Origin: Octopus vulgaris
Lineage: Eukaryota
Reading direction: 5' to 3'
Assembly (NCBI GenBank): GCA_951406725.2
Contig: CATOCA020000001.1
Coordinates: 4,836,001-4,900,000, forward strand
Length of the DNA: 64,000 nt
The notes below the pieces were generated by a model. The model saw only the letters and a program-made list of their open reading frames with translations, ran no database searches and was not told the origin of the DNA. Position numbers and translations under genes: made by a program. Within the stretch, counting starts at the first letter, position 1; each line of letters starts with the position of its first letter. Shown here one piece after another: positions 37,113 through 48,849 of this stretch.

Positions 37113-37350
37113 TTGGGTTGGTCCATAATTATGCGGTTTTTTTCAATAAATTTTATTCAACAAAATCAATAACATGTAGCAAAAACATCTTTAAATCATT
37201 ATTCCGGAGCATATTCACCATCTACTTCAATAACTGTTTCCCAATCGCTTGATAGACGGTCATGTAAAGATGTTTCTGATAAATATTTTTATTGTTTTTG
37301 TTGAATAATATTTGTTGAAAAGAAGCCGCAATAATTATGCACCAACCCAA
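37113..37350 (-). mobile_element. mariner deletion derivative (MITE-like)
   Basis: TIRs ttgggttggt(c/g)cataattat..gcgg, TA on both sides, internal DRLSSDWETVIEVDGEYAPE* transposase C-terminus. Confidence 0.85.
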
Positions 37351-38202
37351 TATTTTACCTGACCCTGGGATGGTGTGATATCTTGAATTGAGCGTTACAT
37401 GGATTAAAGTGAGGGAAGGTTGCACAATAGCATCTGGCTCACTCTCTCGTCCCTTCCTCTGTGATTCCTGTGGAAGGATGAAGTCAAGAAAACTACAGAC
37501 AGGTTGCAGTTCACCCTCCACAAAGTTTGCGGGTCTGTGAGCCTGTCTAGTGGTTTCCTCAGCACACTCAACTGGTTCACATCCTTAGATAGACAAGCCC
37601 TAGTCCACCAATGGTTAAAGGCCGTGTGCTACCCTTACCATGGTTTAGCCAGCCTGTGGAAGCCGTGAGCCTGGGTGTGGATACTGTTGCATGCAGATAG
37701 CATTGATGAACCACAGGTGAGAGGTGGGAGTCACGGGAGGACCAAAGCGGATGGACTACTCCAAGGAGTACTACATATCCCCCTGACAGAGGTACTACTT
37801 GACCCAGGTACACCTTGCACCCTAGAACATAATTTACAAGGGCAAAGAAAGCTTGAATGATGCGGGTCCAGAGTCGGCTTCTTGCCTTCAGACCCAGCAG
37901 ACAACCATTGCCCGACCTGTGGGGCGGAGAATGCATCGGACAGGACGGCAACAACCGGACACACCTTTACCCATCTTCTTCACCCTTCTTATGTATTTGG
38001 TCATCGTCGACAACGACGGAAGAACTAATACCTGCCCCTCACTTGCTATTCGTATAAGATGAAAATACAAACATGCTAATCTCTCTCTCTCTCTCTTTTC
38101 TCCCTGTCTCTGTCTTTCTCTCCCTCTCTCTCTCACTGTATCTGTCTCTCCTCCTCTCACTCTTCCTGCCTGTCTAGCTTTTTCTCTCTCTGACCCTATC
38201 CG

Positions 38203-38243
<41 letters not shown>

Positions 38244-38657
38244 CCTCTCTCTCTTTGTCTCTCACTCCCACTCTCTCTCTTTCTCTCTCTTTCAGTCTCA
38301 ACGAAGGAATTTAATTAACAACGCAAAGGGAGATAATACTTCATACTCAACACAAGAGTTATTGCCCTTCAAACGTTGAATTTACCTTTCGTCCTAAGAG
38401 AAGTGATAATCCCGATTTACGGCTAGGATAATCCTATTCTATTTACATCTTAAAAAGTTTAAAATTTTAAGATTTAATATTGAATATACAAAACAGGCGC
38501 TAGCGTGGCTGCATGGTTAAGAATCTTGTTTTCCAGCCATATGATCGTGGGTTCAATCAGACTGCCTCTATCCTTGGGAAAGTGTCTTCTATTCAAGCAA
38601 AGGTTTATATGTATACATATATCGTATGTATACATGTGTGTGTGTATATTTAGTGAA

Positions 38658-38965
38658 GGCGCGTGGCTTAGTGGTTGGGGCATTCGACTCAACATTGTAA
38701 GGTTGTGAGTTCGATTCCCGGCGACGCGTTGTGTCCTTGAGCAAGACACTTCATTTCATGTTGCTCCAGTCCACTCAGCTGGCAAAAATGAGTGGTACCT
38801 GTATTTCAAAGGGCCAGACTTGTCACACTCTGAATCTCTCTGAGAACTACGTTAGGGGTCGGTGTGTCTGTGGATTACTCAGCCACTTGCACGTCAATTT
38901 CACTAGCGGGCTGTTCCGTTGATCGAAGCGGCTGGTACCCTCGTCGTCGTAACCGACGGAGCGCT
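38658..38965 (+). mobile_element. SINE with a different tRNA head and core but the family C 3' half
   Basis: ggcgcgtggcttagtgg...gagttcgattccc, gtgtccttgagcaagacactt, then ctgtatttcaaagggcc...cgtcgtaaccgacggag as in 33485. Confidence 0.8.
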
Positions 38966-39025
38966 CCTATCTGTCTGTCATTCATACACATATATATGTA
39001 TATAGACACCCATATATATATACAC

Positions 39026-39064
<39 letters not shown>

Positions 39065-39099
39065 TATATATACATACATATATATTTGTATATAGACAC

Positions 39100-39152
<53 letters not shown>

Positions 39153-39179
39153 CATATATATATGTATATAGACACCCAC

Positions 39180-39214
<35 letters not shown>

Positions 39215-39319
39215 ACAAAATACAAGATGGGCCAAGAACGCAAAACATCCGGACAACTAGGGTTACATATATATATACATACGTATGTACGTATGTATGT
39301 ATGTATGAGTTTGTGACTT

Positions 39320-39765
39320 TGTAAGCTTTGCTTTTCACCCAAATTGCATATCCAGTTTGAACCAGCAAGAGCTGCATTTACGTTCTGATCTTTGTGGATC
39401 TTAAAATGTGTTTTGAGGCCTCCCTTAGACTTGCAGACCTTCTAGCATACACGGCATTGATATATAGACAGAATGGCTGGTGGAGGTTCGTTGTTCAAGG
39501 GTCCGCAAATGAGATTTGAGTCCAGCAAGAGAAATATCAGAGATTCTGCTCACAAAAAAAGAAAAAATGCTGAGATTCATATTCTCGTTGATAATAACAT
39601 TTTTCTTCGAATTTCTTTTCGCTTTTCATTGGGACATCCTGGTTCTTCAAAACTTTCACTGCATTTTTGTTCGCCATCCAACTCGGTCTCATGCAAGAGT
39701 TTCTATGGCTTTTGGATCAATTCCCACTGACTCTGACTTCACCATATTTTGTTATACAGTCCTAA
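39320..39765 (-). mobile_element. RTE-type LINE C-terminal remnant with C2H2 finger
   Basis: IDPKAIETLA*DRVGWRT and [23 protein letters not shown]. Confidence 0.65.
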
Positions 39766-39785
39766 ATATATATATATATATATAT

Positions 39786-40480
39786 AAAACAAACGATAAA
39801 TGCTCTTGCAGGGATAAATCAAAATGTCCTTTGATGAACCTCTGTATGAGTACGAATCATGTATATAAATGTACCGTGCACAGAAGGCGAGTGTCCTATG
39901 TTTACATTGGGCAGACGGTTGATTCATTTAAGAATCGTTTTCGTAATCATGTTGCCAGATTTAGGTCAATCAATAAGAGACATTCGACATCTTTGGCAGA
40001 TTTTATATGGCGACTGAAGGAGGCTAATAGGAAATAATACATCACTTAGTCCGTAGTTAGGCATTCAAAATCATACAGTGCAATTTCCAGGAGATGCCGT
40101 CTCTGCTCCGAGGAATCCCTGTCTATTCTGTGGACTAACGAAAAGTTACTTAATAGAATTTCTGAAAAACTATCGAGATTTAGTAATTTTAATATTTCTA
40201 TTATTGAAAACAAGTGGATGTATTCCACTGTAACTAGGTAAATAAAATCTTCGAACAGACGGTCAGTAGCGACACCTGCGAGTCTGACTCCGCTGCATTG
40301 ATAAAGGGCAACAACTCCGAAACATGTCTGCAGCTGTCTGACTAGCAGGATGAAGCGGTTGACGTCCCCTGTTCGAAGGTTTGTAATGGACGCAGGTTTG
40401 TGTGTCAAATAGCTAGCTAGAGGCGATGGCCTCTTGGAGCTAATCAGCGACAGCTTTAGTCTTATATTTATAGACTACCA
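39786..40480 (+). mobile_element. Penelope-like element 3' part: Cys motif, GIY-YIG endonuclease and terminal repeat
   Basis: CSCRDKSKCPL..LC, VYKC...YIGQT, FKNRFRNH, TSLADFIW, later CRLCSEE. Hammerhead motif downstream. Confidence 0.88.
40292..40334 (+). ncRNA. Minimal Penelope-type hammerhead
   Basis: GCUGCA-UUGAUAA-AGGG-CAACAA-CUCC-GAAA-CAUG-UC-UGCAGC. 6-bp stem I, palindromic ACAUGU, U3-A8 in place of C3-G8. Confidence 0.8.
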
Positions 40481-41065
40481 TATTAGTATGGCGATAACTA
40501 TTAATAACGAGATGCCTACGCGCATATAAATGTACTTTCGCACAATGCAGTGGGAAAGAATTTTGAGTAATCGTCAATTTAGTGTAATTTCATTTTATTT
40601 TACTTTAAGGTATGGGTGACTTAAATTTACTTTAAACCTCCCCGTTCTTCTAAACACCTACTAAATATCTAACTCGCTTTGTAATTATGAGTGCGCCTAA
40701 CCTCGCGTGTGCCAATGCTCACATTTTTTCTAATGCTTGTATGAGCGTGTGTACTCGTGACATGCAGCTTACCCGAGGGCATTTATACATCCATATCGGT
40801 TAACGGTCATTTTCAATACTTTTCTCGCTGGATTAAGTTTTCGTTTCTCCTTTTGTCTTCTGCAATTTTATTTTTGGATTTTCTATATATATGAAGAGCC
40901 CTCCGCAGGACCAAGCATAAAGGCCGCCCTATCGGGCGACATTTACTTTACTGAATATATATATATATGTGTGTGTGTGTGTAATGAGAATTTACAAACA
41001 AAAAGACGAAGACGGGTGTGTAAACAACAAACGTATTAGTTTAACGCTCGGGAAGTGAGAAAGAC

Positions 41066-41099
41066 TTTTACGTTTCGATCCTACGCTCTTCGACAGGTA
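41066..41099 (-). ncRNA. Degenerate minimal hammerhead
   Basis: CUGUCGA-A-GAGC-GUAG-GAUC-GAAA-CG-UA-AAAG. Downstream cccgagcgt..actaat is shared with the 28111 copy. Confidence 0.45.
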
Positions 41100-41446
41100 A
41101 GAACACAAAAATAAACAGGGAGAGAAAATCGAAAAAGGTTTAGTGGTTAGCGATCTATCATGGCGAATGCCGGACAGAGGGCTCACACAGGAGAGCTAGG
41201 AAAAAGGGGAGATAATAAAGTAGTGCTGATACCAAAACGAAGGCGCGCGTGCGTCTGTGAGACCGTATATACACGTGTGGAAGCGGGTTCTTGCGCATGT
41301 GTAGTTATGTGGATGATGGTGTGGGTGCTGCGAAGTAGTCAGTGCTAGTGTGTGCGTTGTGGTGTGGTATTGTGGTGGTGGGGTGTGTCGGGGAGACGAG
41401 AGAGGGCGAAGCTAGTTGCTTTAGATGCGTTGAGATGTATTGAAAG

Positions 41447-41773
41447 ATACAGGTAAGAAAACAGTTTTATTCTGAAACGCAGGATAACGCTAACGACACA
41501 GCACGAACTTTGTTGACTTTCAACGTAAGTTCAATTTAACGTAGGATAGCGTCTTACAGAGCTAGATTTTTATATTCTAAGTTTACAGAAGAATTTGCTG
41601 TTCGGGCAGTTTAGCTCAATGGTAAAGTAACTGACGTGTAATCACAGGGATGTGAGTTAGTCTCATGGATGGCCGACATATTTTTCTGCAAAATATGGAT
41701 AGTTTATCCTGTTTATGGTATATTATCAACATTAATCTGCGTTTGAGAATTAAAACATTTCCTTATCTGTATC
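41447..41773. mobile_element. Second tRNA-Thr-like fold-back element
   Basis: Arms gatacaggtaagaaa...aaacgcaggataa / aatctgcgtttgag...ccttatctgtatc. tRNA-like sequence at 41605-41675 followed by a T run. Confidence 0.7.
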
Positions 41774-41853
41774 ATACATACATACATCACGTGATTAGGT
41801 CACCGTCCAGACCATCAGATGTTGTTACACATCGCTGATCACAATGCGTTCGC

Positions 41854-41915
<62 letters not shown>

Positions 41916-42034
41916 CTAATATATATAACCAATAGCTAAATTCTTTGGCTGCTATTTCTAAAAGCTAGGTTTGTGGTAAAGCAAATTTTTTTTGATGAAC
42001 CCTAATTATATAAGTAATGTTTATATATATATAT

Positions 42035-42415
42035 TTACTCTTACTTGTTTCAGTCATTTGACTGTGGCCATGCTGGAGAACCGCCTTTTGTCGAGCAGAT
42101 TGACCACGGGACTTATTCTTTGTAAGCCCAGTACTTGTCCTATCAGTCTCGTTTGCCGATCCGCTAAGTGACGGGGACCTAAACACACCAGCATCGGTTG
42201 TCAAGCAATGCTAGGGGGACAAACACAGACACACAAACACACACACGCATATATATACATATATACGGCGGGCTTCTTTCAGTTTCCGTCTACCAAATTC
42301 ACTCACAAGGCTTTGGTCGGCCCGAGGCTATAGTAGAAGACACTTGCCCAAGGTGCCACGCAGTAGGACTGAACCCGGAACCATGTGGTTTGTAAACAAG
42401 CTACTTACCACACAC
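42035..42415 (-). mobile_element. SINE family A copy
   Basis: Matches the 10906 copy. Confidence 0.85.
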
Positions 42416-42435
42416 CCATATATATACATATATAT

Positions 42436-42491
<56 letters not shown>

Positions 42492-43554
42492 TACACGCAC
42501 ACATATACATACTTTCATGCGTACATATTCGAGAAGTTCTTTCAGCCTGCGATTACTAAATCCATTCCCAAGGCTTTGGTCAACGGAAGGCGAGAGTGGA
42601 AGATACTTTTCCATTATTCCGTGCAGTAGCACTGAACCCACAACCTGCCAGTTGTAAATCCATGGCCGTATTAAGAAGCCACACAACCATGCTTGCGCCA
42701 ATTTTGTATAATTAATGTAAAATCTTAACAATTCTACGTTTTTAATTAGGAAGTATAAGAAACGGGATTATCATAGTTTAAGAAGGGATTCTAATCGCTT
42801 TATGAAATCATTAGCAGTTGAAGGGAAATCACTCTTGTAAAATAGGAATGATTACTTTTTGAAAACTTTTTAACTCAGTTGGCAATAAAGTAAATCAGCA
42901 GATGTCGCGTCTTCTGTGTGTTTTTTCGATTGCAATTCCAGTCGTTGATTCACTTCCACTTCTCCGACTCACATTGAAAACCGTATGTCTCGTGGGCCGC
43001 AACGGACACCTGACAGTTATGTTGAGTGTGTCCATATGTCATTGGAACCACTCAAACGGTGATCCAGCATCGGTCCGCTCACCGCTGCCATCCGATGATA
43101 CGAAAAAAACAATCAGTCTCCCGGACGCCTGTTCATTCGACGAGGTGTAAACCATCATTAGTTTACGATCAGCGATTCTGTTCGGAGAGACTTGCTTAAG
43201 AGAACAGCTACCACACTGCGGTGAGTTGCGTCTATTCTTGCGGAAGACATGATCCCGCATCGGAGGCGTGGTGTAGCTCGGTGTCAAGAACTTAGTATCA
43301 TCCGACGACATCGGTGACGTGAATCACTCGGGAAACGATCAAAACTGAACGGTGCCGGAAAAGATGGATCTAAGCGCCAGAATATGCATCCTCTTGTTTC
43401 ATGATGTCAAGATGTCTGTCTGTCTGTCAGTCTAAGTCTATTTAGGAGTTTAAGCAAAGCTGGGGCATCCTCGCCGCCCTTCTCGAGTGATTTACTGGAT
43501 GCTGGCTCTATTCATTGAGTCCGTCTGATATATTTGTCTTCTCGTTTGCCAGGA

Positions 43555-44493
43555 TAGAGAGAGAAATAGAGAGAGAGAGAGGGGGAAAGGGTGAACAAAG
43601 AAGGGAGAGAGAAGAAAGAGGGGGAGGAAGGAAGAGACAGATGAGAGAAAGAAAAAAAGAGGCTAAGAGAGAGAAAAGGAATAAGAAAAGTTTAAGAAAG
43701 AAACGTAATAAGGAACGAAATAAAGGAAGGAAGAAAGAAAAAAGAAACAAAGAAAGAGTGAAAGGAAGACTGAATGAAAGAAAAGAAGAAAGAGAGAGAG
43801 AGAAAGAATGAAAGAAAGTCGAGGGGGAGAGGGGGAAAGAAAGAAAAAAGAGAAAATAAGAAGAAAGAAAGAAAGATAGAAATGAAGACAGAAGGAATGA
43901 AAGAAAGAAAATAGAGAAAGAAAGGAGGGAAGAAAGAATGAAAAAGAGTTTGAAAGAAAGGCGAAGTGATTCTGTAAGAGAGAGAGAGAGAGGGAGAGAG
44001 AGGGAGAGAGAGGGAGAGAGAGGGAGAGGGAGGAGAGGCAGTCATGCAGGCAGACAGACAGACAGACATAAGAAGGGAAAGAGAGAAAGAGATTGAGAGA
44101 AATGAAGATAGCGAAGAGAGAGAGAGGAAGAGGGAAAGAAGATAGAAAATGAGTAGAGATGGAGTAATAAGGGAGTGGTGTACATGATTAGCATACAGAG
44201 GGGAGTATGAGGCAAGAGGCGTAGTGAGAGGATATTATATGAGGCGGAGAGTAAAGAGAGATATTGATACATAGAGAGAGGGAGATGCTGACGTGGGAGA
44301 GAAAGCAAAAGTGGTAGAGGGATATTAGGATATATAAGGTGGTAAAGAGGGAGAGAGTGAGAGAGTGAGAGAGAAAGGGGGAGAAGGAGAGAGAGGTGAC
44401 GTATGATTTATATACTTTGTGGGGGAGGGAGTGTATCAGATTAGAGAGAGTAAGAGAAGCAGACAGGAGTTATACAGGAATGTATAAAGGAGT

Positions 44494-44530
<37 letters not shown>
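43555..44530. repeat. Polypurine low-complexity tract, inverted relative of 34560-36290
   Basis: Shares non-repetitive islands (tacagaatcac, tataatat.ctctca) in reverse complement. Confidence 0.8.
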
Positions 44531-44532
<2 letters not shown>

Positions 44533-44770
44533 AGAGAAGCTTAGCGATATATATATAAATGTGTGTGTGTGTGTGTGTTTGAATGCGTGTGTTTGTGTAT
44601 ATGTATGTGTGTGTGTGTTTATATATGTGTGTGTGTGTGTTTATGTATGTGTGTGTGTGTGTGTGTGTGTACTAAGAGATTGTGATCGGTGATAGAAAAC
44701 AAGAGAATTGGGGTGATATATATATATATATAAATATAAATGTGTGTGTGTGTGTATTTATGTATGTATG

Positions 44771-44836
<66 letters not shown>

Positions 44837-44955
44837 GTAAAAGCAATTAAGATTCAAGTGAGTTCTATTGAATTCACTTAAATGCAGTACTTAACTTAGA
44901 TGCACCAGAAAACTGTATGGTATTATATATTTACCTAAATATATATATTTACCTA

Positions 44956-45000
<45 letters not shown>

Positions 45001-45004
<4 letters not shown>

Positions 45005-45360
45005 CTACATACAAAATTTAAAGGGCTGACCACTAAAAGTGCACCGTCAACATGCTAGATATAGACGTCAAATCGCTATTTTCCACAAAGAATATGTTCT
45101 CGAATATAATGACAGAACATGCTAACGAGATTACAGTTTATCCTTGCGGATAATAATAATCGAAACAGATTCAGTACATGGGTAACTCATTTTTATTTCC
45201 TATATTTTCATTTGTCTTGCTTATTTTTAACGCTTTGGTATTGTGCTGAGTTTTTATTTGAGAACATATTCTTTGTGGAAAATAGCGATTTGGTGTCTAT
45301 ATCTAGCATGTTGACAGTCCACTTTTAGTGGTCAGTCCTTTAAATTTTGTATGTAGAAAT
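45001..45360. repeat. Inverted repeat (about 115-bp arms) with a hammerhead motif in the spacer
   Basis: atttctacatacaaaatttaaagg... / ...cctttaaattttgtatgtagaaat. Confidence 0.9.
45118..45180 (+). ncRNA. Type I hammerhead motif, G5A mutation
   Basis: CAUG-CUAACGA-GAUUA..UUAUCC-UUGC-GGAUAA..UAAUC-GAAA-CAGAUUCAG-UA-CAUG. Confidence 0.65.
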
Positions 45361-45436
45361 ATTTTAATCTTCAGATTTTATAATATGCTGGGCCACTGGT
45401 TTTAATTGATTATTGTCAATTTCTATCCTTATTAAA

Positions 45437-45498
<62 letters not shown>

Positions 45499-45527
45499 AA
45501 GAAAAAAGCAATAAGAATGGATTAGTT

Positions 45528-45617
45528 TTTCAGTACAATTGTTTCATACGAAGACCAGCTTTAAAAAAGCTGCAAATATTGCAGCAAATACAAGTGTCCC
45601 GTACTCATCAGCCGAAA
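45528..45617 (-). ncRNA. Type I hammerhead ribozyme, fully canonical core
   Basis: UUUCGG-CUGAUGA-GUACGGGAC...GUCUUCGUAU-GAAA-CAAUUG-UA-CUGAAA. Confidence 0.88.
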
Positions 45618-46479
45618 CACATATGAGTTCTCCAAGCATCCTAGTGGGTGAGGCTACACTCATGAAATATCGAAGATAGTTCTAAAAAGCAAAATTTAGA
45701 TTGTAAACAGACCTCCAAAGTTCTCTAATGATGCACAGTCCTATAACAGGCTTTAAAAATGTTTGCTAGCTTCATAGAAAAGGTGAATCCATCCATAATG
45801 TTGGTGCAATTACCGGAGGTATGAGGAGATATTTTATACTCACAGACGATGAATCCATCCCTGATTAATCCATAATAAGGTGGGTATAATTTCCTGATAT
45901 ATGATAAGATACTTGTCACACCTCTGTTCATTTCACAAAATAGCTATGTTAGAATTATAATGGCTGAAGGAATTATGTGGAGCATAGAGAAACCGCCCAC
46001 ATAGAGCATTCTGGAATAACTGAGAGGGAAGGGGTCGCAGGTACCCACCTACACAGAAAGGCCTCTTTCTGTGGAGACAGACAGTCTGGCTTAGAATTTG
46101 CAGGAATCTAAGATTTATAAAGGAGAACATTACTTTTGACCAGTATACAGCTGTTAATTGCCAATCCGACGGATTTAGGTGAATATATTCAATAAGAATA
46201 TTACATACTGGATTTATCTTGAGTGCTCCATTGTATAAAAATATTAATACTATTAAAGTATTTATATATTTAATACGAGTGATATATACATATATTTTTT
46301 TAATAATATATTATTATTATTAATATAAGGAAATCAATATTGAACTCATCATAAAGATATACCCGTGTGAAAGACCTCATTGTATTAAAAATATATATAA
46401 GTAAATGAATATAAATATATAATTATAATGTAAAAGATAAATTTGAAAGATTAAAAGTTTTGAATTAACTTTTTAAGCG

Positions 46480-46567
46480 TCTTACGATCGTTTCGCAGAA
46501 GAGTAGTCCCTATAATGAAATCCTATATTGATAAGCATTTATAGACAACCCTTCTGCTCTTCAGAGA
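46480..46567 (-). ncRNA. Type I hammerhead ribozyme, canonical core, long stem II
   Basis: UCU-CUGAAGA-GCAGAAGGGUUGUC...GACUACUCUUCUGC-GAAA-CGAUCG-UA-AGA. Confidence 0.85.
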
Positions 46568-46754
46568 TATAAAATGTGAATATTGTATAATATATCGAAT
46601 GATAGTTTTTTTTAAATTTGAAGTAAAATTGTAAAATGGTGTTTGTAAAATAGAGTTTGTTTGAAATGTAAAATGAAAATTAAAAATTTCTACTTTTGAT
46701 GAGAGTCTTTAAATCCATATATATTTCCTTGGTTATTTTACTGCAATAATCCAT

Positions 46755-47179
46755 ATAGCCCCAGCCCATTCATAGTACCTGGATTGCAGAACGTCCTGCT
46801 GTGCTTACCTTGGATCATAGAAGGACCTGCTGTGCTTGAGGAGACCTATTGAGTCAAGTACATCAACTTCAACATCAAATATCAAAACAAATATCAAGTG
46901 GAAATTGTAGTTACGACACCTGTGCCGGCGGCACGTAAAAAGCACCATCCGAACGTGGCCGTTTGGCAGTCCCCCCTGGCACCAGTGCAGGTGGCACGTA
47001 AAAAGCACCCACTACACTCACAGAGTGGTTGGCGTTAGGAAGGGCATCCAGCCGTAGAAACACTGCCAGATCAGACTGGAGCCTGGTGCAGGCTTCTGGC
47101 TTCCCAGTCCCTGGTCAAACCATCCAACCCTTGCTAGCACGGAAAACAGACGTTAGACGATGATGATGATGATGATGAT
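46755..47179 (+). mobile_element. RTE 3' UTR fragment with (GAT)n tail
   Basis: Homologous to the 3' end of the 57356-62165 element. Confidence 0.85.
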
Positions 47180-47369
47180 TCATACTCAAAATCCGTCATA
47201 TTATCTTGCATTCCCGTATAGTTCATGTAGTTAGTTTAGAAAATTTTACTAAACACATACTGTCAATTCCCTATTATAATGGCTAAACCAAAAACCATCA
47301 TACACATACCTTCATTATATTCACGGAACAAATTGCCCCTTGCGAGACCCTCACCAATGTTTCATGTCG

Positions 47370-47890
47370 ACATAGTGTCTTTAAATACTCCAACATTAGT
47401 CTGCCATCATGTGTGTGTTCCATTGGCCTTGATATCTCTCCTCCTTAATCTTGATTGCTTGATGAAAACGCTCACCATGCTCATCGCTCGCGTCTCCGAG
47501 ATTAGCAGGAAATTCATCGAGATGGCTTTTGAAGAAATGAAGCTTTATGCTCATATCGCCGCCTAAAAGCTGATAGCTATCAAGTAATATCGCCACCAAA
47601 TCCTTGTAGTTTTCAACCTTTTCACTCGCTACAAATCCTTTCACAACAGCCACAAATGAGTCCCATGCTCTTTTTTCTATTTCAGTCATCGAGCACGAGA
47701 ATGTCTGGCATTTCATTAACTTTCGGATTTGTGACCAATCAAAAAACACCATCCATTATTTTATTATAACACAGGAAATGCTAAACATATGAATTTGAAA
47801 CAGCTACTCTCCACATTAAGAGCTTCAATATATTACTTCATTAGTCCTAGTTTAATATGAAGGGTTGAGAAAATGATTTTCTCTTGCTCA
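47370..47890 (-). mobile_element. Chapaev3-type DNA transposase remnant
   Basis: LHIKLGLMK, MSIKLHFFKSHLDEFPANLGDASDEHGERFHQ, RYQGQW. Confidence 0.85.
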
Positions 47891-48449
47891 CACCCTGAAT
47901 TTTTATTCAACCACCGCCACTTTGGAGAGTCCTGTCTTAAACAACAACAGGACAAAGTGAGATATCCTTAGATACATCATGTATTATATAGAAATATTAT
48001 CTCTATAGGATATATAAAGGAAAAAGACATCAATATATATATATATACCAGGCATTCAACTCTCAGCTAAAAATGAAGGTAGATAACTATCAATATAGCA
48101 GAAGATATTAAAGCTGTCTATATAACAATGGGGTTGTTTAGGGAGGAGATTAGATATACAACAACAGCAACAACAATAAATGAACATTTCAAAGTTTGTC
48201 TTTATTTTTAAATGTGAATTTTTAACAAAGGAGCAAAACCAGTGAAGGGATCACTATGTGGTTGATACACCTGCTAGAATTAGCAGCTAAATTCACACGA
48301 TACCACTGTACAGAAGAGCATATTGGACAATGTGGTTGTGGGTTCTCTTTGGAAATAGGCATGATGGTCCTGGCTGGAATGCGTTTGATCATAAGTCTCT
48401 GTTTGGTCAAGGTTAATCTGAGGCTAAACAACAACAGTTACACAGAAAT

Positions 48450-48649
48450 TCACTTTGCGTCTAATGACAGACATTCCATCGCAGCGATACATTCAGCTTC
48501 TTCAAGAGCTGCACGTAATGTTGCGTGTGTCCGTGTTTCTGGGTCGCAATTTTTGAACCATTCGTTAAGCATCAGGTAGCCTTGTTTTACAGTGACAATA
48601 GACTCATCATCAATTTTCAGTTCAGTTGTATCAACTCCTAAAACAATAA
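48450..48649 (-). CDS. Terminal exon of RING/death-domain gene (most of the death domain)
   Basis: cttttgcag acceptor, phase 1. IVLGVDTTELK...QGYLMLNEWFKNC..TRTHATLRAALEEAEC..*. AATAAA on the - strand at about 48201-48206. Confidence 0.8.
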
Positions 48650-48849
48650 CTGCAAAAGACACAACAATAAGAAATAAATGCAACAACATTGACAATAACA
48701 TAAAACGCGGTGTACTGTAGGTTGTTACGAATATAACAAACAAACTTTATCAATAGAGAAGTAAAAAAAGAAATAGCTAAGAAACATGAAAAATATAAGA
48801 CAATGTTTTCTATTGACAAAAATAACAAAGAGTTTGAATTAAACGAGAT

